The notes under the pieces: generated by a model
Databases searched by the model: none
What the model was told of the DNA's origin: nothing
Seen by the model: the letters and a program-made list of their open reading frames with translations, nothing else
In this document: piece after piece, positions 39,734 through 52,142 of the stretch
Position numbering within the stretch: position 1 is the first letter of the stretch
How the letters are laid out: each line of letters starts with the position of its first letter
Origin: an uncultured Prochlorococcus sp.
GTDB lineage: Bacteria > Cyanobacteriota > Cyanobacteriia > PCC-6307 > Cyanobiaceae
Assembly (NCBI GenBank): GCA_902618335.1
Contig: CACNAI010000002.1
Span: forward strand, 7,828 to 71,827
Length of the DNA stretch: 64,000 nt
Reading direction: 5' to 3'
Position numbers and translations under genes: made by a program

Positions 39734-40126
39734 ATGAGGGAAAGGTTACTAGGATATTGGTCACTTTCATGGGTTGGGTTAATAAGCAATATAATTGCAC
39801 TGCCAATAATCGCTTTAATAATAAGCTACGGGCCTCCACTAAAAGTTGCAAATATAACACTTGCCATTAGTCTTGGTTGGCCTGCTGCGATCGTTGGTAT
39901 AGTCTCTTCAGCAGCTCTTTTAGCAGAGAGAAAATGGGGCGTAACCTTAACCCTAGTATCTCTATCAATGGTGATATCTGGTATGGGGCCTTATTCAGTG
40001 GTAAGACTCATAACTCTTCGAGACATTTTTGGAATTGGTGGGTTTACTCTTTTAACAACATTATTAAGCACTTTAGCTCTTCTATATTGGTGTAATCCCA
40101 AACACAGAAGAAGTATTAGGCTATAA
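39734..40126 (+). CDS. Conserved hypothetical membrane protein, 130 aa
   Basis: ORF track; four TM helices. Confidence 0.75.
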   Translation: MRERLLGYWSLSWVGLISNIIALPIIALIISYGPPLKVANITLAISLGWPAAIVGIVSSAALLAERKWGVTLTLVSLSMVISGMGPYSVVRLITLRDIFGIGGFTLLTTLLSTLALLYWCNPKHRRSIRL

Positions 40127-40134
40127 ATTAAAGA

Positions 40135-41607
40135 TTAAGAAAAAGTATTATTCTTACTAGTTGGATACTGAATTCTTCTATGTCTAATTCTTTTCCAAAC
40201 ATTCAAGAAGGCTCTTTTTATTAAGAATATTTCTCCCTTCGATAGATTACTATCATCTAATTGCCCATCGTTTTGACGTGAATAAATAATCTTAGATATT
40301 GTTCTCAAAGCTTCTTTATCAGATGCATCAATATTCATAGCTCTTAGAGCTGCTTCGCATCCATCTGCAAGCATTAAAATAGCTGTTTCTTTTGACTGAG
40401 GGATGGGGCCTTTATATCTAAAGTGGTTTTCATCTATATCAAGATTTTTCTCTTTAGCTTTTTGAAAAAAATATCCCATCTTTAGGGTACCTTGATGTTC
40501 TGGAATAAAATTGGCTATCAGTTTAGGTAATCTATTTTTTCTTGCATACTTCAATCCTTCATCAACATGAGCCTGCAGTACTTCTGCACTTTTAATAGGA
40601 TCATCTATTTCATCATGTGGATTCTTAGAACCATCTTGATTTTCTATAAACCAATTAGGGGCATGTAGTTTACCAACATCATGATATAACGCTCCAGTTT
40701 TAATTAGATCAATATCACCGCCAATCATTCTTGTCGCTTCCTCTGCTAAACCACATATAAGTAAAGTATGTTCGAAAGTACCAGGGGCTTCAAAAGACAA
40801 TCTTCGAATGAGAGGTTTCTCTTTATCAGCCAATTCGAGTAATCTTGCTTTAGTTAATAGCCCAAATATCGATTCAAAAATAGGCATGAATAAAAGAGTA
40901 AAAAGCATTACTAATGCCAATAATAAGGAGTCGGAAAATATATCTCCATTAGAAAAAAAAATATCTTGTTTATCAATAAAAGATATCTTATCTTTACCTA
41001 TCAATATCCATTGACTCAAGAAGGAACCAATGGGGACAAAAATTGATAATTGAAGTAACTGGGCTCTACTCCTTATTCTACCTCCAAGAAGAGAAACTAC
41101 TGAAGCGCACACTAATAAAATAAAAAATAAATTATTACTGATAGTAACTGCTGGGTCAGGCCAAATAAGACTCGCTATTGATACCCAAGCTAAAGCAGTT
41201 ATGCTTCCCATTCCTTGAGATATTATTAATGCCGGTGGGATTATCATAGATAATGGACTAATTCTTGAAGGTAAGGCTAATTTCAAAGCCTGTACTGCCA
41301 AAAGAAGAGTTATTAGCAATATGATCTGTCTTGAAGAAATTGTAGGATTTTCTTTTTTTGAAACTAGTATCAAAATACCTGAACTAATAAGTGCTTCAGT
41401 GAAAGTAAAAAACCATGAAAAAATATCTGAGATATTTAAAGGGGAACCGAGAAGTGATTTATAAGAAGAAATTATTGAAATTAAAATGCATATTAAAAAA
41501 ATTATGAGGTTGTCTATTCTTGAAATTTTTATTGGTTGTTTTATTGGAACTTGACTCCTCCTCCACAGATAAAGCATTTTTTTAAAGGTAGTTGTAATGT
41601 TTTGCAC
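40135..41607 (-). CDS. 7TM-HD (HDIG) metal-dependent phosphohydrolase, PgpH-like
   Basis: EAPGTFEH, YHDVGK, HV..G, EHQGT, MLADGCEAA; N-terminal TMs. Confidence 0.9.
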   Translation of the reverse strand: MQNITTTFKKMLYLWRRSQVPIKQPIKISRIDNLIIFLICILISIISSYKSLLGSPLNISDIFSWFFTFTEALISSGILILVSKKENPTISSRQIILLITLLLAVQALKLALPSRISPLSMIIPPALIISQGMGSITALAWVSIASLIWPDPAVTISNNLFFILLVCASVVSLLGGRIRSRAQLLQLSIFVPIGSFLSQWILIGKDKISFIDKQDIFFSNGDIFSDSLLLALVMLFTLLFMPIFESIFGLLTKARLLELADKEKPLIRRLSFEAPGTFEHTLLICGLAEEATRMIGGDIDLIKTGALYHDVGKLHAPNWFIENQDGSKNPHDEIDDPIKSAEVLQAHVDEGLKYARKNRLPKLIANFIPEHQGTLKMGYFFQKAKEKNLDIDENHFRYKGPIPQSKETAILMLADGCEAALRAMNIDASDKEALRTISKIIYSRQNDGQLDDSNLSKGEIFLIKRAFLNVWKRIRHRRIQYPTSKNNTFS

Positions 41608-41681
41608 AGAATATAATTAAATCTATTTGATTAATTTAAAATTATAGGCATGCTAGGTGTAAAAAGGAGATGTTTTTCTAA

Positions 41682-42578
41682 ATGTCATTAAAATTAGACG
41701 GTAAAAAATTATCTCTTGAAATTGAGGAAAGATTAAATGAATATATTTTAAGTAATAAAAAAATTGCAAAAAGAGCTCCTGGTTTAGCTGTAATAAGAAT
41801 CGGTGAGGACCCCGCGAGTGGAGTTTACGTTAATAACAAAGAAAAAGCATGCTCAAGGGTTGGAATAAAGAGCTTCATCTTTCATTTAAAAGAAAGTGTA
41901 GAGCAAAAAGAAGTAGAACAATTAATAAAGAAACTAAACTTTGACAAGGAAATTGATGGAATGTTGCTACAACTTCCTATACCAAAGAAGTTTGATGATC
42001 AAAGACTGATAAGTTATATCAATCCAAGAAAAGATGTAGATGGATTAAATGAAATAAACATCGGCAAATTAGTAAAGAATGAGCCTGCCATGAGATCATG
42101 CACACCAGCAGGAATTATTAATTTATTAAGATCCCAAAATATTTCAATTGAAGGGAAGAAGATTGTTGTTATTGGAAGAAGTTTACTAGTGGGGAAACCC
42201 CTTTCGCTTATGTTATTAAACCTTAATGGAACGGTAACAATGACTCATTCAAAAACAATGAATTTAAATAAAATCTGTAAGGAAGCTGATATATTAATCG
42301 CTGCTGCAGGCAAACCTAATCTTATAGACTCTAGTTTCGTAAAAGAGGATGCTGTAATTATTGATGTTGGAATACATAGATTAAAATGTTCTGATAAAAA
42401 TAAAACCAGATTATGTGGCGATGTATTATTAGAAGATGTCATTCCTAAAGTATTTGCTTACACTCCTGTCCCTGGTGGTGTTGGGCCAATGACAGTAACA
42501 ATGTTACTGGTGAATACTATTTTTAGCTGGCAAAAACAATTTGGTTTATCATCAACCCTGAATGATCTTTTGCCATAA
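41682..42578 (+). CDS. folD: Methylenetetrahydrofolate dehydrogenase/cyclohydrolase
   Basis: [30 protein letters not shown]. Confidence 0.96.
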   Translation: MSLKLDGKKLSLEIEERLNEYILSNKKIAKRAPGLAVIRIGEDPASGVYVNNKEKACSRVGIKSFIFHLKESVEQKEVEQLIKKLNFDKEIDGMLLQLPIPKKFDDQRLISYINPRKDVDGLNEINIGKLVKNEPAMRSCTPAGIINLLRSQNISIEGKKIVVIGRSLLVGKPLSLMLLNLNGTVTMTHSKTMNLNKICKEADILIAAAGKPNLIDSSFVKEDAVIIDVGIHRLKCSDKNKTRLCGDVLLEDVIPKVFAYTPVPGGVGPMTVTMLLVNTIFSWQKQFGLSSTLNDLLP

Positions 42579-42614
42579 ACCCTAAGATGAAAAAATTATT
42601 TTTAAAGGTATAAA

Positions 42615-43517
42615 ATGACTGACGTTGTAAATAACATTTCAGATTTTGAAAAATATCTTAAAAATGCAAAACAAGTTGTAGAAGAAGCACTTGATTTATC
42701 TCTAGGACCCGAAAATCCAGAAATCCTTAGAGAGTCAATGAGATATTCTCTTCTAGCTGGAGGGAAAAGGATACGTCCGATTCTGTGTTTAGCCTCTTGC
42801 TCACTGGCAGGAGGAGAACCATCTCTAGCTGTTCCTACTGCTGTAGCCATAGAAATGATTCATACAATGTCCTTAATTCATGATGACTTGCCCGCTATGG
42901 ACAACGATGACTTAAGGAGAGGTAGGCCAACAAACCATAAAGTTTATGGAGATGCAATAGCTATTCTCGCAGGTGATGCTTTGTTAACTAGAGCCTTCGA
43001 AATGGTCTCTTTAAGAAGTCCAGGAGTTGATCCAAATAGATTATTAAATGTAATTGGTGAACTTTCTTTGGTTGCTGGTGCCCCAGGATTAGTGGGAGGA
43101 CAAGTTGTTGATTTAGAATGCGAAGGTAAAGAAGTTGACCTTGAAACCCTAGAGTATATTCATCTTCACAAAACAGGAGCTTTATTAAGGGCTTGTGTAA
43201 GAACAGGTGCGATGATTGCAGGCGCTAACGAAAAGCTATTACAAGCTCTGACTACATATGCAGAAGGAATTGGATTAGCCTTCCAAATTATAGATGATAT
43301 TCTTGATTTAACTTCAAGCAGTGAAAAGCTTGGTAAAACTGCCGGCAAAGATCTATTAGCTGATAAAACTACTTACCCTAAATTACTTGGAATGGAAGAG
43401 TCAAAGAAAAGAGCAATTGATTTAGTAGAAAAAGCAAAAAAAGCAATTCAACCTTGGGGTTCAGAAGCAAAGTATCTAATATCCCTTGCTGACTTTATTA
43501 CAAACAGAGATCGATAA
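42615..43517 (+). CDS. crtE: Geranylgeranyl diphosphate synthase
   Basis: [28 protein letters not shown]. Confidence 0.95.
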   Translation: MTDVVNNISDFEKYLKNAKQVVEEALDLSLGPENPEILRESMRYSLLAGGKRIRPILCLASCSLAGGEPSLAVPTAVAIEMIHTMSLIHDDLPAMDNDDLRRGRPTNHKVYGDAIAILAGDALLTRAFEMVSLRSPGVDPNRLLNVIGELSLVAGAPGLVGGQVVDLECEGKEVDLETLEYIHLHKTGALLRACVRTGAMIAGANEKLLQALTTYAEGIGLAFQIIDDILDLTSSSEKLGKTAGKDLLADKTTYPKLLGMEESKKRAIDLVEKAKKAIQPWGSEAKYLISLADFITNRDR

Positions 43518-43530
43518 GTAGTTTAAATTT

Positions 43531-44010
43531 ATGTCTGAGTTTTTTGCCCTTTTTAATAATTCAGTTCTTTTCTGGAGTTTATTTTCTTGCTTACTAGCTC
43601 AATTTTTTAAAATTGTTTTCAATTTCTTTTCAACTGGAAAGATAAAATTTGGAATTATTTTTGAGACGGGTGGAATGCCTTCAAGTCATTCCGCCTTAAT
43701 AACTGGTGCTGCATCTGGTATAGGTTATGAATTGGGATTTGATAGCTCAATATTTGCATTATCAGTTGCTTTAGCACTAATAGTTATGTATGACGCAAGT
43801 GGTGTTCGAAAATCAGCTGGGATTCAAGCTGCAGAAATTAATAAACTATCAAAAAAACTAGATCCTCAATCTGAATTACTTTTAAAGGAAACCCTAGGCC
43901 ATACAAAAATTGAGGTCATGGTAGGGAGTCTTTTAGGACCATTAATTACTCTGCCAGGAATCTTTTTTTTAGGTTCTCCTCTCAAAATATTTGATTTGAT
44001 AATAAATTAA
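43531..44010 (+). CDS. Divergent PAP2 family protein (DUF212)
   Basis: GGMPSSHSA, VMYDASGVR, LGHT..EV. Confidence 0.92.
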   Translation: MSEFFALFNNSVLFWSLFSCLLAQFFKIVFNFFSTGKIKFGIIFETGGMPSSHSALITGAASGIGYELGFDSSIFALSVALALIVMYDASGVRKSAGIQAAEINKLSKKLDPQSELLLKETLGHTKIEVMVGSLLGPLITLPGIFFLGSPLKIFDLIIN

Positions 44011-45398
44011 GAATCTTTTGGAAAACTAATTTGGGTGGCATCTATGAAGTTTTTTGCGACTTTTGGAGAACTTGGCAAATGTAAGTGAATCCAACTTGCA
44101 TGTAATTTTTCATCAAAAAAACCTTCATTTTTATATTCAGTTTTCCAAGATTTAATTTTCCATGGGGAAGAAAGTTTCTTCTGATGCTCAGTTTTTCTTA
44201 TATCAAGTTCAGATAAATTATTTTCAATTTCCCAATAATGAAATTCATGTCCTCTAATTAATTGATTTTGTTTAATGATCGGAGTATCTTTTAAACCTTC
44301 AATGTATCTATAACCTACTGAAAGTTTACTTTTTTTTGATCTAAAAGGCAGGATGCCACTCATTTTATGATTATTACCATTTTCATCTTTTATGAAGTCT
44401 CCTAAAATCATCATCCCTCCACACTCAGCATATATAAATCCATTTTTGCGGAATTTCCTTAACGAATTTAAGCTTTTTGTAGAGTTACTTATATGATCAG
44501 CATATTTTTCAGGGAATCCCCCAGGAATAATTAAAGAAGAAGCCTCATCAGGTATTTCTTCATCATCATAAATACTCCATGAAATCAATGGTATACCTAT
44601 TTCACTCAAAAACTCCTTAGTTTCAGGATATTGAAAATGAAAAATTTTATCTTCTGCAATTGCGATAGGTTTACTTTTATCTATTTTAAAATCTTCAAAA
44701 TTGAGAGAATTAAATATTTTCTTTTGAGGAGATTTCAGAAATTTAATAAGAGAAAATACATCAAGATTTCTTTCGGCGAAATTTGCAAAATATTCAATAT
44801 CAATTTCTTTTCCATTATCTATTGGAGATATCAAACCTAAATTAGCTTTGTTTAAAGTTATTTTTGAATCAGATGGTAAAAAACCAAGAATTTCGATATC
44901 TTCATTTTTAAAAACTTCTTTGATTAATTTTTTATGTCGATCTGAATTAACGTTATTAAATATAATTCCTGCTATTGACAACTCACTATCGAAATCTCTA
45001 AAACCTCGAATAGTCGCCAAAAGAGACGCCACTTGACCTCTAGCATTAACAATAAAAATTATTGGAGCATTAAGAAGTTTAGAGATATTTGCTGTACTGG
45101 AATAGGTTGTTGACCCTAGTCCATCAAACAGACCCATTGCTCCTTCAATTAAGGAGAATTCATATTTCAAAGAATGTTTAAAAAAACTTTCTTGAACCCA
45201 TTCCTCACCACTTAAAAAAATATCTAAATTCCTACAAATAGGTTGGCCAATTGAGCTAAGTTGTTGTTGATCAAGATAATCCGGGCCAACCTTGAAAGTT
45301 TGTATTTTTATACCTTTTGAGAACGCCCAACAAGATAGTAAAAGAGATAATGTAGTTTTCCCGCTATCAGTTGAAGGAGAAGATATTACACAAGGCAT
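44007..45398 (-). CDS. cobB: Cobyrinate a,c-diamide synthase
   Basis: SGKTT, FKVGPDYLD, EGAMGLFDG, AECGG, GHEFHY. Confidence 0.94.
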   Translation of the reverse strand: MPCVISSPSTDSGKTTLSLLLSCWAFSKGIKIQTFKVGPDYLDQQQLSSIGQPICRNLDIFLSGEEWVQESFFKHSLKYEFSLIEGAMGLFDGLGSTTYSSTANISKLLNAPIIFIVNARGQVASLLATIRGFRDFDSELSIAGIIFNNVNSDRHKKLIKEVFKNEDIEILGFLPSDSKITLNKANLGLISPIDNGKEIDIEYFANFAERNLDVFSLIKFLKSPQKKIFNSLNFEDFKIDKSKPIAIAEDKIFHFQYPETKEFLSEIGIPLISWSIYDDEEIPDEASSLIIPGGFPEKYADHISNSTKSLNSLRKFRKNGFIYAECGGMMILGDFIKDENGNNHKMSGILPFRSKKSKLSVGYRYIEGLKDTPIIKQNQLIRGHEFHYWEIENNLSELDIRKTEHQKKLSSPWKIKSWKTEYKNEGFFDEKLHASWIHLHLPSSPKVAKNFIDATQISFPKDS

Positions 45399-45401
45399 TT
45401 A

Positions 45402-46703
45402 TTAGTTATTCAAACCATTAAATATTTGAAGAGCTATTTTAATAGAATTTTCAAAAAGAGGGCTGGTATTACCTCTACTACTTCCCAATAATTTACTAAC
45501 ATCGTACTCTGACGTAGAAAAAGAATTTGGAACAACTTGTTCTATTAATTCCATATTAGCCATTCCACCTGCTTCAAGTCTCATACATTCCACTGATTCA
45601 CAGCCAAGTATTACACAAGTGTTATTTTTTTGTACCTCACTAATTTTTGAAATCAGCCGCAATCCAATAACCTGTCCTAAATGAATACTTGGATTTCCCA
45701 AAGATAAGGGATTAATTGATGTAGAAATTATTTCGCCATTAATTCTTTCAAACTCTATTTTTGTTGATTCTGTATCCGTTTCAGCTCTTAGAAAAGACCA
45801 ACCAAGTTTATCGCTAATCCATGAAATCAAAAACAACGCTTGAATCATATGATCTCCTGCGATATCAATGTCAATATCAGTAATATGGTCTAAAATTGGT
45901 CTCCTCGAAGGCGGATCAAAAATCATTGCCAATGATTCCCTCCAATTTTTTAATCTAACCCAATTCAAATCATTAATAGCTTTATTTGAATTATTTAATT
46001 GATCTAAAACTTTTAAACATCTTTGAGGCGATCCAAGAGCAGTATCAATTATTAACCTTAGACCATAATCAGTGAAATATTCGAAGATTTCAGGCGACTC
46101 ATCCAAGCTTCCATTCCACCACAACCATGAAGGTAATTCATCAATAGATAATTCATCAATTATTTTTAATCCTTTATTAGATATTGAGGCCGAGTCCCCC
46201 CTAATAACAACTAAATCCCCACAAATAGGTTGCATAGCTGGTGTGTCACTTAATGGACAGTAAGCGGATACAAAAGTTTTGATATCTGAATTTTTATTTA
46301 TGGTTGGAGCTAAAGTTATTAATCTTCTTGGATTCAATGTACTTATCGTTGATTCAAAAAATTGGCCTCTAAAATCTTCAAAGTCTTTATTAGATAAATT
46401 TTCCTTCAACAAATTCAATAATTCTTCACTATTAAGTGAAGTAGTGATAGGAAGTCCTTGATCTAATATAAATTTTTTAGCAACTTCAATTATCTCTGGA
46501 CTTAAATTTCCAGTAATTGGTCCATTTACTAATCCTTTTTGAACCAAACATTGTTCTAGCCAAGCAGGCTGCCAGACCATTAATGTGAAAGTATTAGCTC
46601 CACTATTATCTTTATCTTCTGAAATCCATAATTTATTAAGGTAATTAGAAATTTCCTGATAAGGCAGCTCTAAAGGGGTTTGTAGTGTAAGTTGAGGTTT
46701 CAT
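45402..46703 (-). CDS. opcA: Glucose-6-phosphate dehydrogenase assembly protein OpcA
   Basis: Follows zwf; AYCPL, WLWWNG, DLNW.RL..WR. Confidence 0.93.
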   Translation of the reverse strand: MKPQLTLQTPLELPYQEISNYLNKLWISEDKDNSGANTFTLMVWQPAWLEQCLVQKGLVNGPITGNLSPEIIEVAKKFILDQGLPITTSLNSEELLNLLKENLSNKDFEDFRGQFFESTISTLNPRRLITLAPTINKNSDIKTFVSAYCPLSDTPAMQPICGDLVVIRGDSASISNKGLKIIDELSIDELPSWLWWNGSLDESPEIFEYFTDYGLRLIIDTALGSPQRCLKVLDQLNNSNKAINDLNWVRLKNWRESLAMIFDPPSRRPILDHITDIDIDIAGDHMIQALFLISWISDKLGWSFLRAETDTESTKIEFERINGEIISTSINPLSLGNPSIHLGQVIGLRLISKISEVQKNNTCVILGCESVECMRLEAGGMANMELIEQVVPNSFSTSEYDVSKLLGSSRGNTSPLFENSIKIALQIFNGLNN

Positions 46704-46705
46704 TT

Positions 46706-48229
46706 TTAAGGTCTACGCCAGAAAATATTATCTTTTGAAATTAATTGATCTGACTCAGGAGGTCCCCATGTCATAGATTCATAATTATAAATAGGTAACT
46801 TCCATGGAGAATTATCCATCAATTCTATTAATGGCGTATAAAGTTTCCAGGCTGCCTCTACCTCATCACTTCGAGTAAATAATGTTGGGTCAGAAAGCAT
46901 TGCATCAGCTAATAATCTTACATAGCCTTCATCTGAAGGTTCTCCAAATGATTCATCATAAGAAAATTCCATTTCAACAGGTCTTGATTTCATTCCAGAA
47001 CCAGGAGATTTTACCTCAAATTTGAAAGTAGCACCTTCATTTGGCTGAATTCTAAGGATAAGTTGATTTGGGGCAGGATTTATTATTGTTGATTCAAATA
47101 AATGAACAGGGACGTCTTTAAAAGTTAAGACTATTTCTCCAAGTCTTTTAGGTAGTCTTTTACCTGTTCTCAAATAAAAAGGAACCCCTTGCCAACGCCA
47201 GTTATCAACGAAAACCTTTGTTGCAATATAAGTTTCTGTTGTGCTATTACTATTAACACCATCTTCCTGCCTATATCCTTTGAGTTGATTTGAAATATTC
47301 CCTCCCTCTACATATTGACCTCTTATGCAACAATTCCACGGTTCATTTTCGTCAGCAAGTTTTGAAGCTTGAAGAACCTTAGCTTTTTCATTTCTTATTG
47401 CTTCTGGTTCAAATTTTCCTGGAGGTTCCATTGCAGTAACTGCAAGCATTTGAGTCATATGATTTTGAAGCATATCCCGTAAAGCACCAGAGCTTTCGTA
47501 ATAACCTGCTCTATCTTCAACACCAACTGTTTCAGATGAAGTAATTTGAACACTTGATATATAATTCCTGTTCCAGATTGGTTCAAAAATAGTGTTAGCA
47601 AACCTCAAAACAAGAATATTCTGAACTGTCTCTTTACCTAAATAATGATCAATCCTATAAATCTGACTTTCTTCAGCACAACTTTGAACAATTTTATTCA
47701 ATTTTTTTGCACTTGAATAATCTCTTCCAAAAGGTTTTTCAATTACTAAACGACTTTTCTTAGGGTCATCTAAAAGGCCAGCCTCTTTTAGTGCTTTACA
47801 TCCACTTGCATAGAAATTCGGAGATACTGATAAATAAAATGTTCTATTCCCATGAGTAGCTTGTGTTTTATCAATTTCATTTAATCTTCTAGAAAGCCTT
47901 ACAACATGGTCACTTTGTTGTAGGTCAACTGGTTCATAGAAAAGATAATTAGAAAATTGTTCCCATTCCCTTTCTTTACCAGATATTTGATTTGATAACT
48001 TTACTTTCATCTTTTCCCTAAACTCATTATCAGTCCAAGGTCTTCTCGCACAACCAACTATTCCAAATTCACTAGGAATTCTTCTTTGCAAATAAAGTTC
48101 AAATAAGGCTGGTATTAATTTTCTATGAGTAAGGTCTCCACTAGCGCCAAAAATTACTAAACATTGTGGAGATATGACTCTTTCCTGCCGTAAACCTAAT
48201 CTTAGAGGATTACTTAAAGTTGAAGGCAT
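46706..48229 (-). CDS. zwf: Glucose-6-phosphate 1-dehydrogenase
   Basis: GASGDL, EKPFG, RIDHYLGKETVQN. Confidence 0.97.
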   Translation of the reverse strand: MPSTLSNPLRLGLRQERVISPQCLVIFGASGDLTHRKLIPALFELYLQRRIPSEFGIVGCARRPWTDNEFREKMKVKLSNQISGKEREWEQFSNYLFYEPVDLQQSDHVVRLSRRLNEIDKTQATHGNRTFYLSVSPNFYASGCKALKEAGLLDDPKKSRLVIEKPFGRDYSSAKKLNKIVQSCAEESQIYRIDHYLGKETVQNILVLRFANTIFEPIWNRNYISSVQITSSETVGVEDRAGYYESSGALRDMLQNHMTQMLAVTAMEPPGKFEPEAIRNEKAKVLQASKLADENEPWNCCIRGQYVEGGNISNQLKGYRQEDGVNSNSTTETYIATKVFVDNWRWQGVPFYLRTGKRLPKRLGEIVLTFKDVPVHLFESTIINPAPNQLILRIQPNEGATFKFEVKSPGSGMKSRPVEMEFSYDESFGEPSDEGYVRLLADAMLSDPTLFTRSDEVEAAWKLYTPLIELMDNSPWKLPIYNYESMTWGPPESDQLISKDNIFWRRP

Positions 48230-48338
48230 ATTTTTAGTATTCTTTATTTAAAATCCTCTTTTTTTCAAATATTAGCTACATATTGTGTCTAAACCAAAAA
48301 GTAATTAGTATATGAAACCAAATCTAAATATCAAAGAT

Positions 48339-49469
<1,131 letters not shown>

Positions 49470-49647
49470 TTAATTTTCTTTTTATAAAGATTATCAATTA
49501 GTAGTTTAATTTGTAGTGATTTTACAAAAATGGTTACGTTTTGAGATCGGAATAATTTAATGAAATTATTTTTATTTTTCAGGAATTACTGTTTTTATCG
49601 GTATAGTTACACAGAAATAATTTTTTATCTAATAAAAAAATTTATTT

Positions 49648-50175
49648 ATGAATAATCCTCAAGAATCAGTAGATCATCCTAAAAGCAATGATTACAGGAC
49701 AATTGAGCAAACGATGGAAAAGCTTTCTGGCGGAACAAGAAGACTTGCAGCCCAACTTACAACCTCTGCGAGTTTTGATTCTTTATGGAAAGTTTTAACA
49801 GATTATGATCGGCTAAATCTTTACATACCGAATTTACTTTCAAGCAAAAAAATATATCAAAAAAACAATAATGTGCATCTTAAACAAGTGGGGGCTCAAG
49901 ATTTTCTTGGTATGAAATTTTCTGCTGAAGTAACTATTGATTTATTCGAAGATAGGGAGCTTGGTCTTTTGAAATTTAACCTAATTAAAGGCGATTTCAG
50001 GAAGTTTGAAGGTAGTTGGAAAATTCAAAAAATTAAAAACACTTCAAAAAATTCATTAATATACGACCTTACTGTTCAAGGTTGTCAGTGGATGCCAATC
50101 GGTATGATAGAGAAAAGACTAAAAAAAGATCTTTCTGAAAATTTGATTGCCGTAGAAAGACAAGCAAAACTCTAA
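49648..50175 (+). CDS. SRPBCC / polyketide cyclase-dehydrase family protein
   Basis: LW.VLTDY..L..YIPNL, GDFRKFEGSW. Confidence 0.88.
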   Translation: MNNPQESVDHPKSNDYRTIEQTMEKLSGGTRRLAAQLTTSASFDSLWKVLTDYDRLNLYIPNLLSSKKIYQKNNNVHLKQVGAQDFLGMKFSAEVTIDLFEDRELGLLKFNLIKGDFRKFEGSWKIQKIKNTSKNSLIYDLTVQGCQWMPIGMIEKRLKKDLSENLIAVERQAKL

Positions 50176-50198
50176 TAAATTAGTTAAAACTTAAATAA

Positions 50199-50271
50199 TA
50201 GCCCCAAGGGGATTCGAACCCCTGTCGCCTCCGTGAAAGGGAGGTGTCCTAGGCCTCTAGACGATGGGGCC
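50199..50271 (-). tRNA. trnE: tRNA-Glu (anticodon TTC)
   Basis: GGCCCCATCGTCTAGAGGCCTAGGACACCTCCCTTTCACGGAGGCGACAGGGGTTCGAATCCCCTTGGGGCTA; 73-nt cloverleaf, no encoded CCA. Confidence 0.97.
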
Positions 50272-50312
50272 AGGAAGTTAGCATAACAGCTTATTAAAAA
50301 TTAAGAGTAAGA

Positions 50313-51446
50313 CTAGCCCTTCGTCAAGTATTGTTGCTCTTTGTTTTGTCCTTGCCACACAGGAACAGTAAAATGAAAGCATGAACCTTCACCTATTTCA
50401 GATACAACCCATATTCTCCCTCCATGGACTTGTACAATTCGCCTGCATACTGATAAACCAATCCCAAATCCTGAAGTTCCTTCAGAAGTCTGTGGGAGCC
50501 TAACTCTATCAAGAAAAATTCTTTTTTGTTCACTCAAAGGTATACCTGCGCCTTTGTCACAAATTGTTATTTCTACCCATTGATTTGTCTTATGTATCAT
50601 TGTAATTTTTATAGATCCTGAGTCGTTGGAAAATTTAATTGCATTTTCAATTAAATTTAAAAATACTTGCCTCATTCTTCTTTGATCTGCAAATACACTT
50701 GGTAAATCAGATGGAATATCAGTATCAATTTGAATTTTCCTTAATCTCCAAAATTTTTCTAATTCGAGTATTACTTCAGCGCTAATATTACCTAAATCAA
50801 TTTTCTGAGGATTAAATAACGCTTCCCATTTTGTTGTTCCTACTTCTAGAAGATCCTGAGATAAAAGTTCAATTTCTTCTAGCCGTCTTTTAATTACATC
50901 TTGCAATTTTGAAATATCTATTTGTCCAAGTTTTTGACTTTGCACCGCCAAAGTAGCTGCCGTTAGTGGAGTTCTTAATTCATGAGCGACCATTCTTAAT
51001 AATCTTTCCTGTGATTCTATTCTTTTTGTTAATGTCTCATTTTCTTGTCTTAAAACAAGAAGTTCGTCCTCTAGAAGGAATTCTTTTTGAGTTGTTACCG
51101 AATCAATTTTGGATGGTTGCAAATTAATACCTAGATTTTTTGTTAAACCTTCCTGTGTCCACCTTGGTAACCATTTCTGCAATTGAGAGAAAATATTACT
51201 TCCAGCAAATATTTGCTTTGGAGTTGGGGAAACCTTTATTAGAGCGGGAAGGGCTACTAATCTATGTAATTCAAGTAATTCCGGCTGTTCTGCTGGCTCA
51301 GAAATCTGAAGAGATATCTCAAATTCACAATCATCTGATTCTAGATAAGCTATCACTGACTTAATATCACTACTAGAGAGTTGATTTCTAGCTGCCACAA
51401 GTATTAATTTTAGCTCCTTTTTATCATTCAAATGATTTCGCCTCAA
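50313..51446 (-). CDS. sasA: KaiB-domain sensor histidine kinase SasA
   Basis: N-terminal KaiB-like [18 protein letters not shown]; [26 protein letters not shown] boxes. Confidence 0.92.
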   Translation of the reverse strand: MRRNHLNDKKELKLILVAARNQLSSSDIKSVIAYLESDDCEFEISLQISEPAEQPELLELHRLVALPALIKVSPTPKQIFAGSNIFSQLQKWLPRWTQEGLTKNLGINLQPSKIDSVTTQKEFLLEDELLVLRQENETLTKRIESQERLLRMVAHELRTPLTAATLAVQSQKLGQIDISKLQDVIKRRLEEIELLSQDLLEVGTTKWEALFNPQKIDLGNISAEVILELEKFWRLRKIQIDTDIPSDLPSVFADQRRMRQVFLNLIENAIKFSNDSGSIKITMIHKTNQWVEITICDKGAGIPLSEQKRIFLDRVRLPQTSEGTSGFGIGLSVCRRIVQVHGGRIWVVSEIGEGSCFHFTVPVWQGQNKEQQYLTKG

Positions 51447-51537
51447 GTGTTGAAAAGCTGTTAATCCTTATAAACACCTTAAGATATTTATTTTTATTCT
51501 ACAAATAGGCTATCAAATAAATAAGACTTATATATAT

Positions 51538-52080
51538 ATGGTTGTTATTAATCAAAAGAAAAACTTAAATTTTGGTGAAAATAATTCTCCAGAAATTAGT
51601 TTAAATAGTAATTTAAAAAGATGGTTTTCTAGAAATCTTGGATTGTGGAAATCTAATAGAACATATTTTCTTGATGATTCCCAAAAAACTTATAATTTAT
51701 GTATGAATATAAAAATTCAAGCTCTTGAAAATAAATCTGAATGGGAGTCCCACTATAAATTCGACTGGTATCCAGAAAAAAAATATAGTTTTTTTAAAGA
51801 AAACCCCCAATATCAAGAAAGAGGAGAAATGCGAGCATATTTAAAAGGACACCAACTTATAAGGGAAAATTTTTATTTGAGTAATGATGAAGGGATTTCA
51901 AATATTAAGCAAGTTGATGAACACGAAATGATTTTTGAATCTTCCTACAAAGATTGGTATATTATTGAACATACAAGACTGGTTGATTCAGATAACTATA
52001 GATTCAGGGTTATATATTCATGGAACAAAAATAATCTAAAAATAGTAGAAAATCATCACGAAATAAAAATTATTAAGTAA
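51538..52080 (+). CDS. Hypothetical protein, possible CpcS/CpeS-like bilin-lyase (beta-barrel) fold
   Basis: WF.RN.G.W.S.RTY N-terminal pattern resembles the CpcS/CpeS family. Confidence 0.55.
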   Translation: MVVINQKKNLNFGENNSPEISLNSNLKRWFSRNLGLWKSNRTYFLDDSQKTYNLCMNIKIQALENKSEWESHYKFDWYPEKKYSFFKENPQYQERGEMRAYLKGHQLIRENFYLSNDEGISNIKQVDEHEMIFESSYKDWYIIEHTRLVDSDNYRFRVIYSWNKNNLKIVENHHEIKIIK

Positions 52081-52142
52081 GTTCTTTTTATCTTTTAAAG
52101 TTAAAAGTGAAAATGTTATCTTGTTATAAATATCTTTAGTTA

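Noticed and set aside
49512-49530. GTAGTGATTTTAC upstream of petH as an NtcA site
   Set aside because: Spacing is GTA-N7-TAC, not N8; insufficient support
50199-50271. tRNA-Glu as a possible island integration site
   Set aside because: Flanked by core genes; no integrase and no duplicated tRNA 3' end seen in the window
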